Positions 36,346 to 49,890 of a stretch of DNA of 64,000 bases are shown piece after piece. The translations under genes and the position numbers were made by a program. This DNA is from Chiloscyllium plagiosum (lineage: Eukaryota). Position 1 is the stretch's first letter. Every line of letters begins with the position of its first letter. Below the pieces are notes generated by a model. That model ran no database searches, was not told the origin of the DNA, and saw nothing but the letters and a program-made list of their open reading frames with translations. The stretch spans positions 28,863,861-28,927,860 of the forward strand of contig NC_057746.1 of the NCBI RefSeq assembly GCF_004010195.1, written 5' to 3'.

Positions 36346-36804
36346 TAAATTTTAAAATCTCAGCTCAGACAGTACAGCAAAGATGTGAGGTCAGAGTCTG
36401 TTGGTATCCCAATCTTGAATCAGACTGGGGGGTTCTATTTCCAAAGTGGAATTTCCATGGATTGACTGTGCAATTTTTGACCAAGATAGAAAGTACCTAT
36501 AAATATGATTCTGCACAGACAAATTCACCCTATAGACTTGTGTGTGTGCAGGAGAGAGAGATTGAGTGTGTGCATGTGAGTGCATGCATGTGAGTGTGGG
36601 TGCACGTGAAAGAATGTGTTTGCATGTATGCAAGCTTGATAAAGTGTGTGTGTGTGAGCATGATGGGGTGGAGGCCTGTGAGAGGGTGTGTATATGAATG
36701 AGAGAGTATCTAAGTGAGTGTGTGAGCATGAAAGTGTGTGTGTGTGAGAGAGAGAGAGAAAGAGAGTATGTGTATATTGCAGTGGGGTCACCTGTAGTGT
36801 GAAA

Positions 36805-39800
36805 TAGAGAGGAACAGCATGGAAACAGACCCTTCGGTCCAACCCGTCCAGATATCCCAATCCAATCTAGTCCCACCTGCCAGCACCCGGTCCACATCCC
36901 TCCAAATCCTTCCTATTCATATACCCATCCAAATGCCTTTTAAATGTTGCAATTGTACCAGCCTCCAACACTTCCTCTGGCAGCTCATTCATACCTGTAC
37001 CACCCTCTGTGTGAAAACGTTGCCCCTTAGGTCTCTTTTATATCTTTCCCCTCACACCCTAAACCTATGCCCTCTAATTCTGGACTCCCCCACCCCAGGG
37101 AAAAGACTTTGTCTATTTACTCTATCCATGCCCCTCATGATTTTGTAAACCTCTATAAGGTCACCCCTCAACCTCCGATGTTCCAGGGAAAACAGCCCCA
37201 GCCTGTTCCACCTCTCCCTATAGCTCAAATCCGCCAACCCTGGCAACATCCTTGTAAATCTTTTCTGAACTCTTTCAAGTTTCACAACATCTTTCCGACA
37301 GGAAGAAGACCAGAATTTCACGCAATATTCCAACAGTGGCCTAACTCGTACGGAGTCAGCTATTACAAGGGGGCATAGCTTTAAATTAAGTGGTAGTAGG
37401 TCGAGGACAGATGTTAGGGGTAGGTTCTTTACTCAGCGAGTCGTGAGTTCATGGAATGCCCTGCCAGTAACAGTGTTGGACTCTCCCTCTTTATGGGCAT
37501 TTAAGCGGGCATTGGATAGGCATATGGAGGATAGTGGGCTAGTGTAGGTTAGGTGGGCTTGGATCGGCGCAACATCGAGGGCCAAAGGGCCTGTACTGCG
37601 CTGTATTCTTCTAAATGCCTTCCCAACTCCTGTACTCAATATTCTGACCAAGAAAGGAAAGCATACCAAATGCCTTCTTCACTATCCTATCTACCTCCAA
37701 CTCCACTTTCAAGGATCTATGAACCTGCACTCCAAGGTCTCTTTGTTCAACAACACTCCCAAAGATATTACCATTAAGTGTATAAGTCCTGCTAAGATTT
37801 GCTTTCCCAAAATGCAGCCCCTCACATTTATCTGAATTAAACTCCATCTGCCACTTCTCAGCCCATTGGTCCATCTGGTCAAGATACTGTTGTAATCTGA
37901 GGTAACCTTCTTCGCTGCCCACTACACCTCCAATTTTGGTGTCATCTACAAACTTACTAACTGTACCTCTTATGCTCACATCCAAATCATTTATGTAAAT
38001 GACAAAAAGTAGAGGACCCAACACCGATCCTTGTGGCACTCCACTGGTCACAGGCCTCCCATCTGAAAAACAACCCTCCACCACCACCCTCTGTTTTCTA
38101 CATTTGAGACAGTTCTGTATCCAAATGGCTAGTTCTCCCTTTAATCTGTGAGATCTAACCTTGCTAACCAGTCTCCCATGGATAACCTTGTTGAACGCCT
38201 TACTGAAGTCCATATAGATCACATCAATCCTCTTTTTTACTTCTTCAAAAAATTCAATCAAGTTTGTGAGACATGATTACCCACGCACAAAGCCATGTTG
38301 ATTATCCCTAATCAGTCCTTGCCTTTCCAAATATATAAACTTCCTGTCCCTTAGCATTCCCTCCAACAACTTGCCCACCACCAACGTCAGGCTCACTGGT
38401 CTATAGTTCCCTGGCTTGTCCTTACTACCTTTCTTGAACAGTGGCACCACGTTTGCCAACTTCCAGTCTTCTGGCACCTCATCTGTGACTATTGATGATA
38501 CAAATATCTCAGCAAGAGGCCCAGCAATCACTCCTCTAGCTTCCCACAAAATTTTAGGGTACACCTGATCAGGTCTTGGAGATTTATCCTCCTTTATGCA
38601 TTTCAAGACATCCAGCACTTCGTTCTCTGTAATATGGATATTTTGCAAGGTGTCACCATCTATTTCCCGACATTCTATATCTTCTATATCCTTTTTCACA
38701 ATAAATACTGATGCAAAATACTCGTTTAGTATCTCCCCCATTTTCTGCAGCTCCACACAAAGGCCGCCTTGCTGATCTTTGAGGGGCCCTATTCTCTCCC
38801 TAGTTAACCTTTTGTCTTTAGTGTATTTGTAAAAATGCTTTGGCTTCTCCTTAATTCTATTTTCCAAAGCTATTTTATGTCCCCTTTTTGGCCTTCTGAT
38901 TTCCCTCTTAAGTATACTCCTACTGCCTTTATACTCTTCTAAGGATTCACTCGATCTATCCTGTCTACACCTTACATATGCTTCCTTCTTTTTCTTAACC
39001 AAACCCTCAATTTCTTTAGTCATCCAGCATTCCCTATACCTACCAGCCTTTCCTTTCACCCTAACAGGAACATATTTTCTCTGGATTCTTGTTATCTCAT
39101 TCCTGAAGAACTTCAACTTTTAGATCTGGTCTATCCTTTTCCATCACTATTTTAAATCTAATAGAATTTTGGTCGCTGGCCTCAAAGTGCTCCCCCACTG
39201 ACACCTCAGTCACCTGCCCTGCCTTATTTCCCAAGAGTAAGTAAAGTTTTGCACCTTTTCTAGTCGGTACATCCACATACTGAATCAGAAAATTATATTG
39301 TACACACTTAAGAAATTCCTCTCCATCTAAACCTTTAACATTATGGCAGTCCCAGCCGATGTTTGGAAAGTTAAAATCCCCTACCATAACCACCCTATTA
39401 TTCTTACAGATAGCTGAGATCTCCTTACAAGTTTGTTTCTCAATTTCCCTCTGACTATTGGGGAGTCTATAATACAATCCCAATAAGGTGATCATCCCTT
39501 TCTTATTTCTCAGTTCCACCCAAATAACTTCCCTGGATGTATTTCCAGGAATATCCTCCCTCAGTACAGCTGTAATGCAATCCCTTGTCAAAAACACCAC
39601 ACCTCCTCTCTTGCCTCCTTTTCTATCCTTCCTGTAGCATTTGTATCCTGGAACATTAAGCTGCCAGTCCTGCCCATCCCTGAGCCATGTTTCTGTAATT
39701 GTTATGATATCTCAGTTCCATGTTCCTAACCATGCTGTGAGTCCATCTGCCTTCCCTGTTAGGCCCCTTGCATTGAAATAAATGCAGTTTAATTTATTAG

Positions 39801-40040
39801 TCCTACTTTGTTCCTGCCAGCCCTAACTGTTTGACTCTCTTCTGTTCTCAATTGTACCAGTCTCAGATTGATCTCTTTCCTCACTGCCCGCCGCCCCCCC
39901 CCACAACTTACTAGTTTAAATTCTTCCGAGCAGCTCTAGCAAACTTCACTGCCACTATATTCGTCCCCTTCCAATTTAGGTGCAATTTGTCCTTCTTGTA
40001 CAGGTCACTTCTACCCCAAAAGAGATTCCAATGATCCAAA
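36805..40040 (-). mobile_element. CR1 LINE, near full ORF2, disrupted; different CR1 3' end nested at 37345-37615 (+)
   Basis: Minus ORFs 39097-39600 (endonuclease), 38277-39116, 37611-38261 (RT: [19 protein letters not shown]) and 37052-37333. Confidence 0.95.
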
Positions 40041-42027
40041 AACAAGGTCCAGGGTGAGGCCATCCTCATGGGTACCAAATTTGGCTATCAGCCTCTTTTT
40101 GGCCACTTTGCCCTGTTGCTGTCCCAATGTCAGCCTTGGAGGATGGTCACCCAAAAATCCGAGGCCAAATGTTCCTGACCACTGAAGTATTCCCTGGCTG
40201 GGAGGGAACACCCATGCTGCTGATTATTGTGCAGTGTCCATTCATCCGTTGTTGTAGTGCCTGCATGGTCTTGCCAATGTCCCATGTCTCAAGGCATCCT
40301 TGCCTTTGGGCAATGTTGTCTATCTCACACGCTGCATGCAAAGATGCCCCAAGACATGGTATGTTGATGAGATTATGCAGACACTACAATAATGGATGAA
40401 TGGACACCGCGCAACAATTGCCAGACAGGGTGTTCCCTCCCAGTCCGGCAACACTTCAGTAGTCAGGGATTCTTGGCTTCGGATTGTCAGGTGACCATCC
40501 TCCAAGGCAGACTTCAGACAGGCCACAGCAAAAGTGGCTGAACAGAGGCTGATAGCTAAGTTTGGTACCCCTGAGGATGGCCTCAACCGGAACCCAGGGT
40601 TCATGTCATACTACAGGTGATCCCACCACACGATACACTCTCTCTCACACACAAGCACAAATACACACACACTGTTACATACTCACACACTCTCACAGGC
40701 ACTCTCATACACACAAACTCTCTCATTCACACCTACTATACACACCCATGCAGGTTCCTTGTTGCAGGCTTATACCCTGTCACACTCACACACCCACTTT
40801 ACCAAGCTTGCACACATGCAAACACACACTCTGTCTCTCTCTCTCTCTCCTGCGTGCGCACAGACATACTTGTATAGAATTATATTTGGAGATAGATTCT
40901 AGTTTGCTCAGAAAATGCATAATCTGCTGGCCATCAATGCAGGCAGTCAATCCATGTAGTATTTTGTAAATTTCAATTTGGAAATAGAACCAGTCTGACT
41001 CAAGATTGGATACAGACTGACTCTAACCTCACACCTTTAATGCATTGTCTGAGCTCAGATGTCATCTTTCTTTTTAAATATACCTTGAGTTATCTCGAAA
41101 ATGTTAATGAACCCAAACATACAACTCAGTCTAAAAGATGGAAGACTTAACAACAATCTAGTTTGTTCAAAATATAATTTCCATTGCATGACAATGTCAT
41201 CTTTTGCAATAAATTCCGTGTCTTATGGTCCAGTTCCACAACCACCTGATGAAGGAGCATCGCCTGGAAAGTTACTGCTTCCAAATAAACCGGTTGAACG
41301 ATACACTGGAGATGAATCAGTCACTGGTTCTCAGACTGGGTTCAGTGGAGTCTTTCCAGGGGAACACCAAATCATTTCACTGCAGAGACAGTGCAGTCTT
41401 TCCATTGGGACACCAAATCACTTCTCAGCAAGGCAGAGACAAAGAAGTGGTGAAGACAGTTTGAAGAGTTGAGTGGAGAAACAATCGTCCTGTTTTTTAC
41501 TAATATCCTGGAGTGAATGTTATTCCTGCAGGAGCAGCTATAAAGATTTCCACTTACAAACCTCCCAAAATCTTATCTTCAAGGTATTGGGCAATTCTGC
41601 TGTTTTCAGAGGGGAGTCTCAGATTTCCTTTTGGGATGAGGGGACAGGAGCTGAGGGACCAGCAGCTGCTGTGATGCCCGGCTCCTTTCAATGTGCACTC
41701 TGGCAGGGAGCTCGTGTCATTCTCATACTGCCGGGACCACTGAGTGTTTCATCTTTTGTTTTTGTTAATTAGGGTTGTTTCTTGTCATCGTAATAAAAAT
41801 GTCAAAGAAATTTTATTCAAACTCTTACCATGCTGCAGTAATGTCTATCCCACAAATGGTTAAATAACAATGAGAAATGACTTATTTTGCTCAGATCTGT
41901 GAATATTGTCCAGTTAAGTGAAATAAAATTGGAGTGAAGGAACTCCAATGTATTTGGGAGTCTATGTTACATTTGAATAGGAAGCTCTCTTGGGGCTCTT
42001 TAAATGGGGTGGTATTACTATAAATGA

Positions 42028-42345
42028 GATTAGATTAGATTCCCTACAGTGTGGAAACAGGCCCTTTGGCCCATGTTCACAACGATCCTCCAAAGAGTAA
42101 CCCACTCAGACCCATTTCCTTATGACTAATGCACCTGATACTATGGGCAATTTAACATGGCCAATTCACCTGACCTGCACATCTTTGGAGTGTGGGAAGA
42201 AACCAGAGCACCCAGAGGGGACCCATACAAACACGGGGAGAATGTGCAAACTCCACACAGATTGTCACCCAAGGCTGGAATTGAACCTGGGACCCTGTTG
42301 CTGTGAGGCAGCAGTGCTAACCACTGAGCCACCGAGCCACCAAGC
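42028..42345 (-). mobile_element. HE1/V-SINE-like tRNA-derived SINE
   Basis: V-domain-like GGAAACC(G)GAGCACCC..GGGGAGAATGTGCAAACTCCACACAG; tRNA A/B boxes on the minus strand; (TCTAA)n tail. Confidence 0.8.
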
Positions 42346-42552
42346 CACCCCTAGAATGTGGTGCTGGAAAAGCACAGCAAGCATCTGAGGAGCAGGAGAA
42401 TCAATGTTGCAGGTATAATGAGACTAGGAGTCAGAAGATTGAAATGTTATAAGTTTGCAAAATCGTAAATGCTTCGGCATGTTCAAAACAAGTGTAAGTG
42501 TAAATCAAGCATCAACAGCTCAGTGAGATCGACCTCAGTGATGGAGACTTTT

Positions 42553-43265
42553 AGAACAAAGAACAAAGAGCAAAGAAAATTTACAGCCCATGAATAGGCC
42601 CTTTGGGCCCTCCAAGCCTGAGCCGATCCAAATGTACTGTCTAAACCTGTCGGTCAATTCTTAAGCATTCGTATCCCTCTCAGGTCCCCCCTCAATTTCC
42701 TTTTTTCTAGTGAAAATAAACCTAACCTACCTAACCTCTCTTCATAGCTAGCACCTTCCATACCAGGCCTCCATACATCCTCATAAACCTTCTCTGCACC
42801 CTCTACAAAGCGTGCACATCCTTTTGGTAATGTGACGACCAGAACTGTACACAGTATTCTAAATGCAGCCGAACAAATATCTTGTACAATTTTAACATGA
42901 CTTGCCAGCTCTTATACTCAATACCCCATCCAATGATGGGGTATAATACTATATGCCTTCTTGACCACTCTATCCACCTGTGCAGCAACCTTCAGGATAA
43001 AATGTACCTGCACTCCCAGATCTCTCTGCCCATCAACTTTACCTAAGGCTCTTCCATTCATTGTATAATTTGCTCTAGAATTAGACTTGCCTAAATGCAC
43101 ATTTGTCTGGATTGAAAGCCATCTGTTACTTTTCCGCCCAACTCTCCAGTCTATCTATATCCTCCTGTATTCTCTGATAGTCCCTTATGCTTTCTGCTAC
43201 TCCACCAATCTTTGTGACATCTGCAAACTTGCTGATCATACCAACAGTGCCCCCTTCTAGATCAT
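42553..43265 (-). mobile_element. CR1 3' fragment (different subfamily)
   Basis: GIEYKSWQVMLKLYKIFVRLHLEYCVQFWS; (TTCTTTG)n-type tail. Confidence 0.8.
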
Positions 43266-43744
43266 TTAGGAATAATCTTGGACAGAGCTAAACAATTGAG
43301 GAAAATAGTGTGGATTTGTTAAAACCAAATCACCTTTAGCTAAATATATTGCCATGGGTTTGAGATGTGAATGTATTTCTAGACTTGAAGAGGTATTGGA
43401 AAAATTGTCACTTTAAAGAATTAGAAGTATCATTGAAGTCCGTGGAATGAAATGACAATGAGAATATAAAAATGATTTCTTCATTGTTTTGATGAAGGGT
43501 CACTGTACACAAAACATTAATTCTGTTACTCTTCCCACAGATGCTGCCAGGCCTGCTGAGCTTTTTCCAGCAATTTCTGTTTTTGCTTCTGATTTACAGC
43601 ATCTACAGTTTTTTTTTCTCTTTGAATGTAATTTTTTTTCTTCTGGGTGACATTGAATGGGTATTTTTCAAATGGCATGAGTTTTAGTGGTGCTTCCTGT
43701 AGGTGAGTTGCAGGGGTGCTGAACTTTTGATATATATGCAATCA

Positions 43745-44615
43745 TGGAATTATTGAGATGTACAGCACAGAAACAAACCTTTCAGTCCACCTCATCCATG
43801 CTGACCAGATATCCTAAATTAATCTAGTCACATTTTCCAGAACTTGGCCCACATCCCTCTAAACCCTTCCAATTCACACACCCATCCAGGTGCCTTTCAA
43901 ATTTTGTAATTGTACTAGCCTCCACCAGTTCCTCTGGCAGCTCATTTCATACATGCACCACCCTCTGCATGAAAGTGTTTCCCCTTAGGTACCTTCTAAA
44001 TCTTTCCCATCTCACCTTAAATCTATGCCTTCTAGTTTTGGACTCACTCATCTCAGAGAAATGGTCTTGTCTGTTTCTCCTATCCATGTCCCTCATGATT
44101 TTATAAACCTCTATAAGATCACCACATAGCCTCTGATGCTGCAGTGAAAATAGCCCCAGTGTATTCAGCCTCTCCCTATAGCTCAAACCCTCCAACCCTG
44201 ATGACATCCTTGAAAAGAGATTTACAAGTTTTGTTCAAAATTATCATGTAGCTGGACAAAATAGAGGAAGAGTGAGACTGCTTGTTTTAACAGAAATGTT
44301 CGTAACAAGAACAGATGGGCTGTCTTGCTCCCCTTTCTATCCTTCCTTTGGCATTTGTATTAAGCTGCCAGATCTGTCCATCCCAGAGCCACATTTCTGT
44401 AATTGCTATGAAATGAGCTGCCAGAGGAAGTGGTGGAGACTGGTACAATTACAACATTTAAAAGGCATCTGGATAGGTATATGAATAGGAAGGGTTTAGA
44501 GAGACATGGGCCAAGTGGTGGCAAATGGGACTAAATTAGTTTAGGATATCTGGTAGGCATGGATGGGTTGGAATGAAGGGTCTATTTCCGTGCTGTACAT
44601 CTCTATGACTCTATA
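43745..44615. mobile_element. Two CR1 3' fragments in opposite orientation (43745-44210 minus, 44413-44615 plus)
   Basis: LSYRERLNTLGLFSL..GDLIEVYKIM on the minus strand; CR1 3'UTR on the plus strand. Confidence 0.8.
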
Positions 44616-45941
44616 ACTTAAAGTGATCCATCAAATTAATCAAAAGCAACAGCAGCATAAGACTTTCATGAATAGTAAGACATTGGGATTTGGAATTCAT
44701 TCCTTGAAATTCTGTTGGAGGGAAATCTCAATTATATGGGATTGAAAATGTTAATGGTAATTTAGTGTGATATTAGACAGACATGCTATTGAGAATTGGC
44801 ATAAAGGGGACTGGAAGAACATTGCCAGAGAGCTATAATCAAAATTCTGCATATCAGAATGCTTAAAAAAAGAGTTTACAGCATTTACTGTGAGGCAGAC
44901 AATAGGTAATCTTAGAGACGGAAATGTAGCAGACTCAGAGCAGGAACAGTCAAGCTCAGTAGAGCAGCCTTTAAAATGCAGTGCAAACACTCAGTGCACA
45001 GACTCTATGTTGGACAGATCCATGAAGATAGAAAATGGATATGGCCAGGACGGTAAAAATCAACATGATCTGATCAGCATAAGTCATTGCAATGTGTGTG
45101 GGTGAATTACTCTAGTAATGGGTCAACACAAACTCTATGGGCCAACTGGCCTCTTTTCCTATTGATCATTCAACATTTCAATTGATCATTCAACATTTCA
45201 GTGATATTGTGAGCAGTTTTGGACCTCATCTTTAAAGAAGGATGTGTTGGTCTTGGAGAGTGTCCACAGAGGATTACATAAATGATCCTGGGGTTGAAGC
45301 GTTTGTCATATGAGAAGCAGTTGAGGACACTTGGTCTGTATGTGATGGAGTATTGAAGAATGAAGTGGTGTCTGTTTGAAACTTAGAAAATACTAACAGG
45401 CTTGGATAGAGTGGAGGTGGAGAAAATGTTTTCACTTTTGGGAGACATGTGGACCCCAGGGCACAGCCTCGAGGAAGGAACAAACCTTTAAACTGAGATG
45501 AGAAGGTGTTTCTTGAACCAGAAGTTGCTCAGTCTGTGGAACTCATTATCATAGAAGGCTGTGGAGACCAAGGCCTCGAGTGTTCCTTTGTTCTTATATA
45601 TGTTCTGTACATCATACACAAAGAAGTGAAAAACAAAAACAGAAGCCCAGTTTTAAAGGGAAGGTTCATAAAATATAATTAATCTCTCCAGGCCTGGATT
45701 GTTCCTGAGTTGTGAGGGAGAGACAAAGAGAGATGGACAGATAAAGATACTGAATGAGCATATTGCTCCTATGTACTTTTCTATCTTCAATCTCCCAATT
45801 CAAACATTTCCCTCACAGAATATTAATGGGAAAAGAAAGGGTAGGTACGGAGAAACTATTTTGGAATTCTCATAGTAATGGGTAGATCCTGAGACTTAGG
45901 ACAGGACAGTCCAAGAGAAGTGTTCGGCAGTACTACACAAT

Positions 45942-46280
45942 CATAGAATCCCAAAAGTGTGAAAGCAGGCTTTCTGCAAATCAAGCCCGCAATGACTGTC
46001 CAAGGAGCATCCTATCAAGACCCACCCCCATTCCTTGCATTTCCTATGACTAAAGCATCAACCTGTACATCCCTGGACACTATGAGAAATTTAGCTTGGC
46101 CAATCCACCAAACCTGCACATCTTTGGACTGTGGGAGGATACTGGAGCACCTGGAGGAAACCCATGCAAACCCAAGGGGAACGTGCAAACATCACACAGA
46201 TAGTTGACTAAGTTTGGAATCAACCTGAGCTCCCTCATGCTGTGAGACAGCAATGCTAACAACTGAGCCACCATGTCACC
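45942..46280 (-). mobile_element. HE1/V-SINE-like SINE (older copy), specific to copy 2
   Basis: Same V-domain core as the other SINEs; absent at the paralogous site near 13630. Confidence 0.75.
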
Positions 46281-48059
46281 ACATGTCTACACACAAAAGG
46301 TGGTAGATATTTAGAACTCTCTTTCACAAATGCCAGTAAATGCAGGATCATTCTTAAATTTAACTCTGAGATAGCTACAATTTTGTTAAACAAGGATATT
46401 AAGGGGTATCAATGAAAGATAGCTATATGGAGTTAGGCCATAAATCAGCCATGATTTCATTAAATGTTGGAACAAATCAAGAGGCTGAATGGCCTACCCC
46501 AGTTCCTTTGTTCCTATATTTACCCCTTCACTTTAACATGGTGTGATTTTATTATTCAAAGGCCTGATCTAATAATGCAAGAGTATGTGAGCTTAAATAA
46601 CACATGGGAATTTGAGAATCTCAGTTTAGCTGTAAATATCTGGAATCATTCTTAGTGATGATACTTGTTGTAAGTGCCAACTTGTTCTCTCATGTCCATT
46701 AGGGTTTGAATGTTACTCTTCTGAATTTTGATTCTTAAGTTTATATCTCACCTGCACAACATTACAGTTCTTATCACAAGTGACCATGTAATATCACTGA
46801 GTTGTGCATGCTCAGATATTATTGGATTCCTTTACATTACTTCCGCTGCTTTATTCACATTTTATTTAACAGAGGCAAGCCTGAATCATGGAAAGAACCA
46901 ATTTCCATTGACCAGTGTTGAGGTTCTTTTAAGAGGCTGTGCAACAGCTCAAGCATGAACCTGTTTGCTCAAAACAATCTATGCTTCTACCAATATCACT
47001 GGACCATAAACAGCAACCAGCTGTATTTAACACTGCACGGTTATCCTGAAAAGAGAGACCTGTCTCTGAATATTTTCATCTGCGACTCCTTCAGGACAAA
47101 TGCAAGAATGCTAAATTTCAAACCAACACAACATTCAGAGAAAAGTGGTGCAGATTGGTTCGCGAGTTGATTCTGTCCAGGAATCCCAGAGGAACGCTGG
47201 TTTCGAGAAATCAATGAGAGGGAAACACGGACAGAGTGTGAAATCGCCTTGCATCCAGCCGCTTAAGTCTCTTGAAAGGCAGTTCAGGCTAAATTGCCTC
47301 TGTGAAGTCGGAGAGCCGGGGAACGAACAGCGGCAAATAGGTTCCATTCGGAGACGACTGTGGTCTGCACCTGGCAGCATCTGCACACAGAAAGCAGAGT
47401 CAATGTTTCGGGTCCAGTGACGTTTCTTCGGATCAGAGCAGAGGTCGCTTTGTTTGCATATTCACAAATCCTTGCAGGTGGCAGGACTGGTAGTCAAAGT
47501 AGTTATAAGGTAACGAACAAAGCACAAAGGACATTACAACTCAATAACAGGCCCTTCAGCATACCAAGACATGATGCCTTTCCAAACAAAAATCTCGTTT
47601 GCCTCTACATGTTATGCATCCCTCTATTCCCTACCAGTTCATTCAGTATGTCTAAGGAAGGGACACTTCATTTGCCATATCCCAGCGTGTAAAAACAGGG
47701 AAATTATCACTGTATAAACCTTTCGTGAGGTTGCAGAGGACTTTGTGCATAACTTTTGGACTCCTTCCAGAAAGGGTCTGATCACACCAGGGAGGGTACG
47801 AAGGAGGGTGCGGTGGATGGGGGGGAGGTGGTGCAGATTTCAGACAGTGTTGTAGGATTGGGGACTTTTAGCAATGGGATAGGATGGTGTTGCTGCAGAG
47901 ATTTGAACAAACGTTTCAATATTGCAGTGTTACAGAGGGTACAAGAGCATTGCAGATGAAGAAAACAAAACTAATGAAGGCTGAGCTCAAAGTTCTCTGG
48001 ATCAAACTCTGAACGTTGTCCTCCCACAGTTTATGAGGTTGACGCCCGAAAATGTTCCG

Positions 48060-48170
48060 CTTGTTCATTTGTGGAGATGAGGAGTGCAGACGACATCAAA
48101 TAGAAACTGAAGGGCTCTGATCGCTGCTGCTCTGTATTACTCTTCCCGAATTTTGGATTTTCCTTTCTGG
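48060..48170 (+). promoter_or_regulatory. Probable promoter and non-coding first exon of locus C
   Basis: Paralogous to 19770-19868; donor G|GTGAGT at 48170/48171. Confidence 0.4.
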
Positions 48171-48669
48171 GTGAGTTTGGGGGTAATTTCAGCTCCTCTC
48201 AGTTTCAGTGTAATTGACTCCCATCTCCCTGTCGGTGGGAAGCTCCTGGATCTTACACTCAGTCCCGGGGGTAGTGGGGGCTCAGTCCCGGAACCGAACA
48301 GAGGCCCGGCCAAGAGACTGGGAGGGCCTGGCTGTGGGAGGAAAAAAGGTTCTCAGAGCCTGGGTGAATGGGAGAGCGGGTTCCCGGGGACAGGGAAGGT
48401 AAATATTAACCCGTCTGGTCCGGTGTGGGAAAGGGGAGTACGGGTGTTCCCAGCTCCAAATGGATTCCCGTTCCATGGCTGTAATAGTCCGGGTTGATAA
48501 GGACTCCCCACTTTACAGTAGAAACCACATCTTAAAGAAAAGGAAGTCAAATTAATACGTGAAACCCCCTGCCCCTCCCTCCAGGTTGGAAAAGGAGCAG
48601 GTTCTGGGGACTACTGCACAGGTTCGGGAAGGCCGGTAGCTGGCCCAGTATCAGCAGTGAATCGAGTAT

Positions 48670-48910
48670 TGTTACTCTCTCCTTTGCATCAGGAGGTTGT
48701 GGGTTCAAGTCCCATTCCAGGACATGACCTTAAAAACACAGACTGACATCCCAGTGCAATACTGAGGGAGGGCGCTGTGATCAATAAGACTTTATTCAAA
48801 ATCCCATTTGATCTTTTGGTGATGTGATCGACTTAAAAGATCCTGTGGCCGCTGTTTCGAAGAGTAGCAGGGATGACCTGGTCAATATATTTATCAGTCA
48901 ATCAACAGAA
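48670..48910 (+). mobile_element. DeuSINE/SacSINE1-like tRNA-derived SINE remnant
   Basis: B-box GGTTCAAGTCCC followed by CCAGTGCAATACTGAGGGAG and AAAAGATCCTGTGGC motifs; family name is from recall. Confidence 0.5.
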
Positions 48911-49235
48911 TAACAATTATGGAGTACAATAGAATCCCTACAGTGTGGAAACAGGCCATTCGGCCCAACACTGACTCTCCGAAGAAGTGTTCTGGGATCT
49001 TGCCGTGCACAGATTCGCCTGCCTTATTTCCCACATTCCAACATGGATTACACTTCAGATGTACTCCGTGTGCTTTAGGATGTGATGAAAAGTGCGATGT
49101 AAATTCTGCGAGAGGCTGTCAATTTTATTCAGGAGCTTGACAGAGTTGCTAACAAAAACAGAAATTGCTGTAAAAACTCAGCAGGTTCTGAACTGAAGAA
49201 AGGTCACTTGATCCGAAACATTAACTCTGATTTTT

Positions 49236-49890
49236 TAGATTAGATTAGATTATTTACAGTGTGGAAAACAGGCCCTTCGGCCCAACAAGTCCACACCGAC
49301 CCGCCGAAGCGCAACCCACCCAGACCCATTCCCCTACATTTATCCCTTCACCTAACACTATAGGCAATTTAGCATGACCAATTCACCTAACCTGCATATT
49401 TTTGGTCTATGGGAGGAAACCGGAGCACCCGGAGGAAACCCACGCAGACACGGGGAGAATGTGCAAACTCCACACAGTCAGTCGCCTGAGGCGGGAATTG
49501 AAGCCAGGTCTCTGGTGCTGTGATGCAGTTCTGTATCCAACTGGTTAGTTCTCCTTTTATTCCATGAGATCTAACCTTGCTGACCAATCTTCCATGGGGA
49601 ACCTTGTCAAATGCCTTACTGAAGTCCAAATAGATCATGTCCACCACTCTACCATCATCAATCTTCTTTGTTACTTCTTCAAAAAACTCAATCAAGTTTG
49701 TCAGACATGATTTCTCATGTTGACTATCCTTAATCAGTCCTTGCCTTTCCCTCCAACAACCTGCCCACCATCAACATCAGGCTCACCGGTCTATAGTTCC
49801 CTGGCTTGTCCTTCCCACCTTCCTTAAATAGTGGCACCATATTTGCCAATCTCCAGTCTTCCAGCACTTTACCTGTGGCTATCGATGATA
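49236..49890 (-). mobile_element. HE1/V-SINE-like SINE (49236-49525) abutting a CR1 RT fragment (49526-49890)
   Basis: SINE nearly identical to 52329-52659; CR1 IYLDFSKAFDKVPHGRL and GNYRPVSL motifs. Confidence 0.85.

Larger units (their letters stand above)
35367..41306. mobile_element. Composite insertion: inverted pair of Penelope-like 3' halves with nested LINEs
   Basis: Left arm (35385-35660, 36350-36800, 40045-40310, minus) is the reverse complement of the right arm (40311-41295, plus; VVYLTRCMQRCPKTWYV..MNGHR GIY-YIG remnant); bounded by TGGAGATGAAT repeats. Confidence 0.7.
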
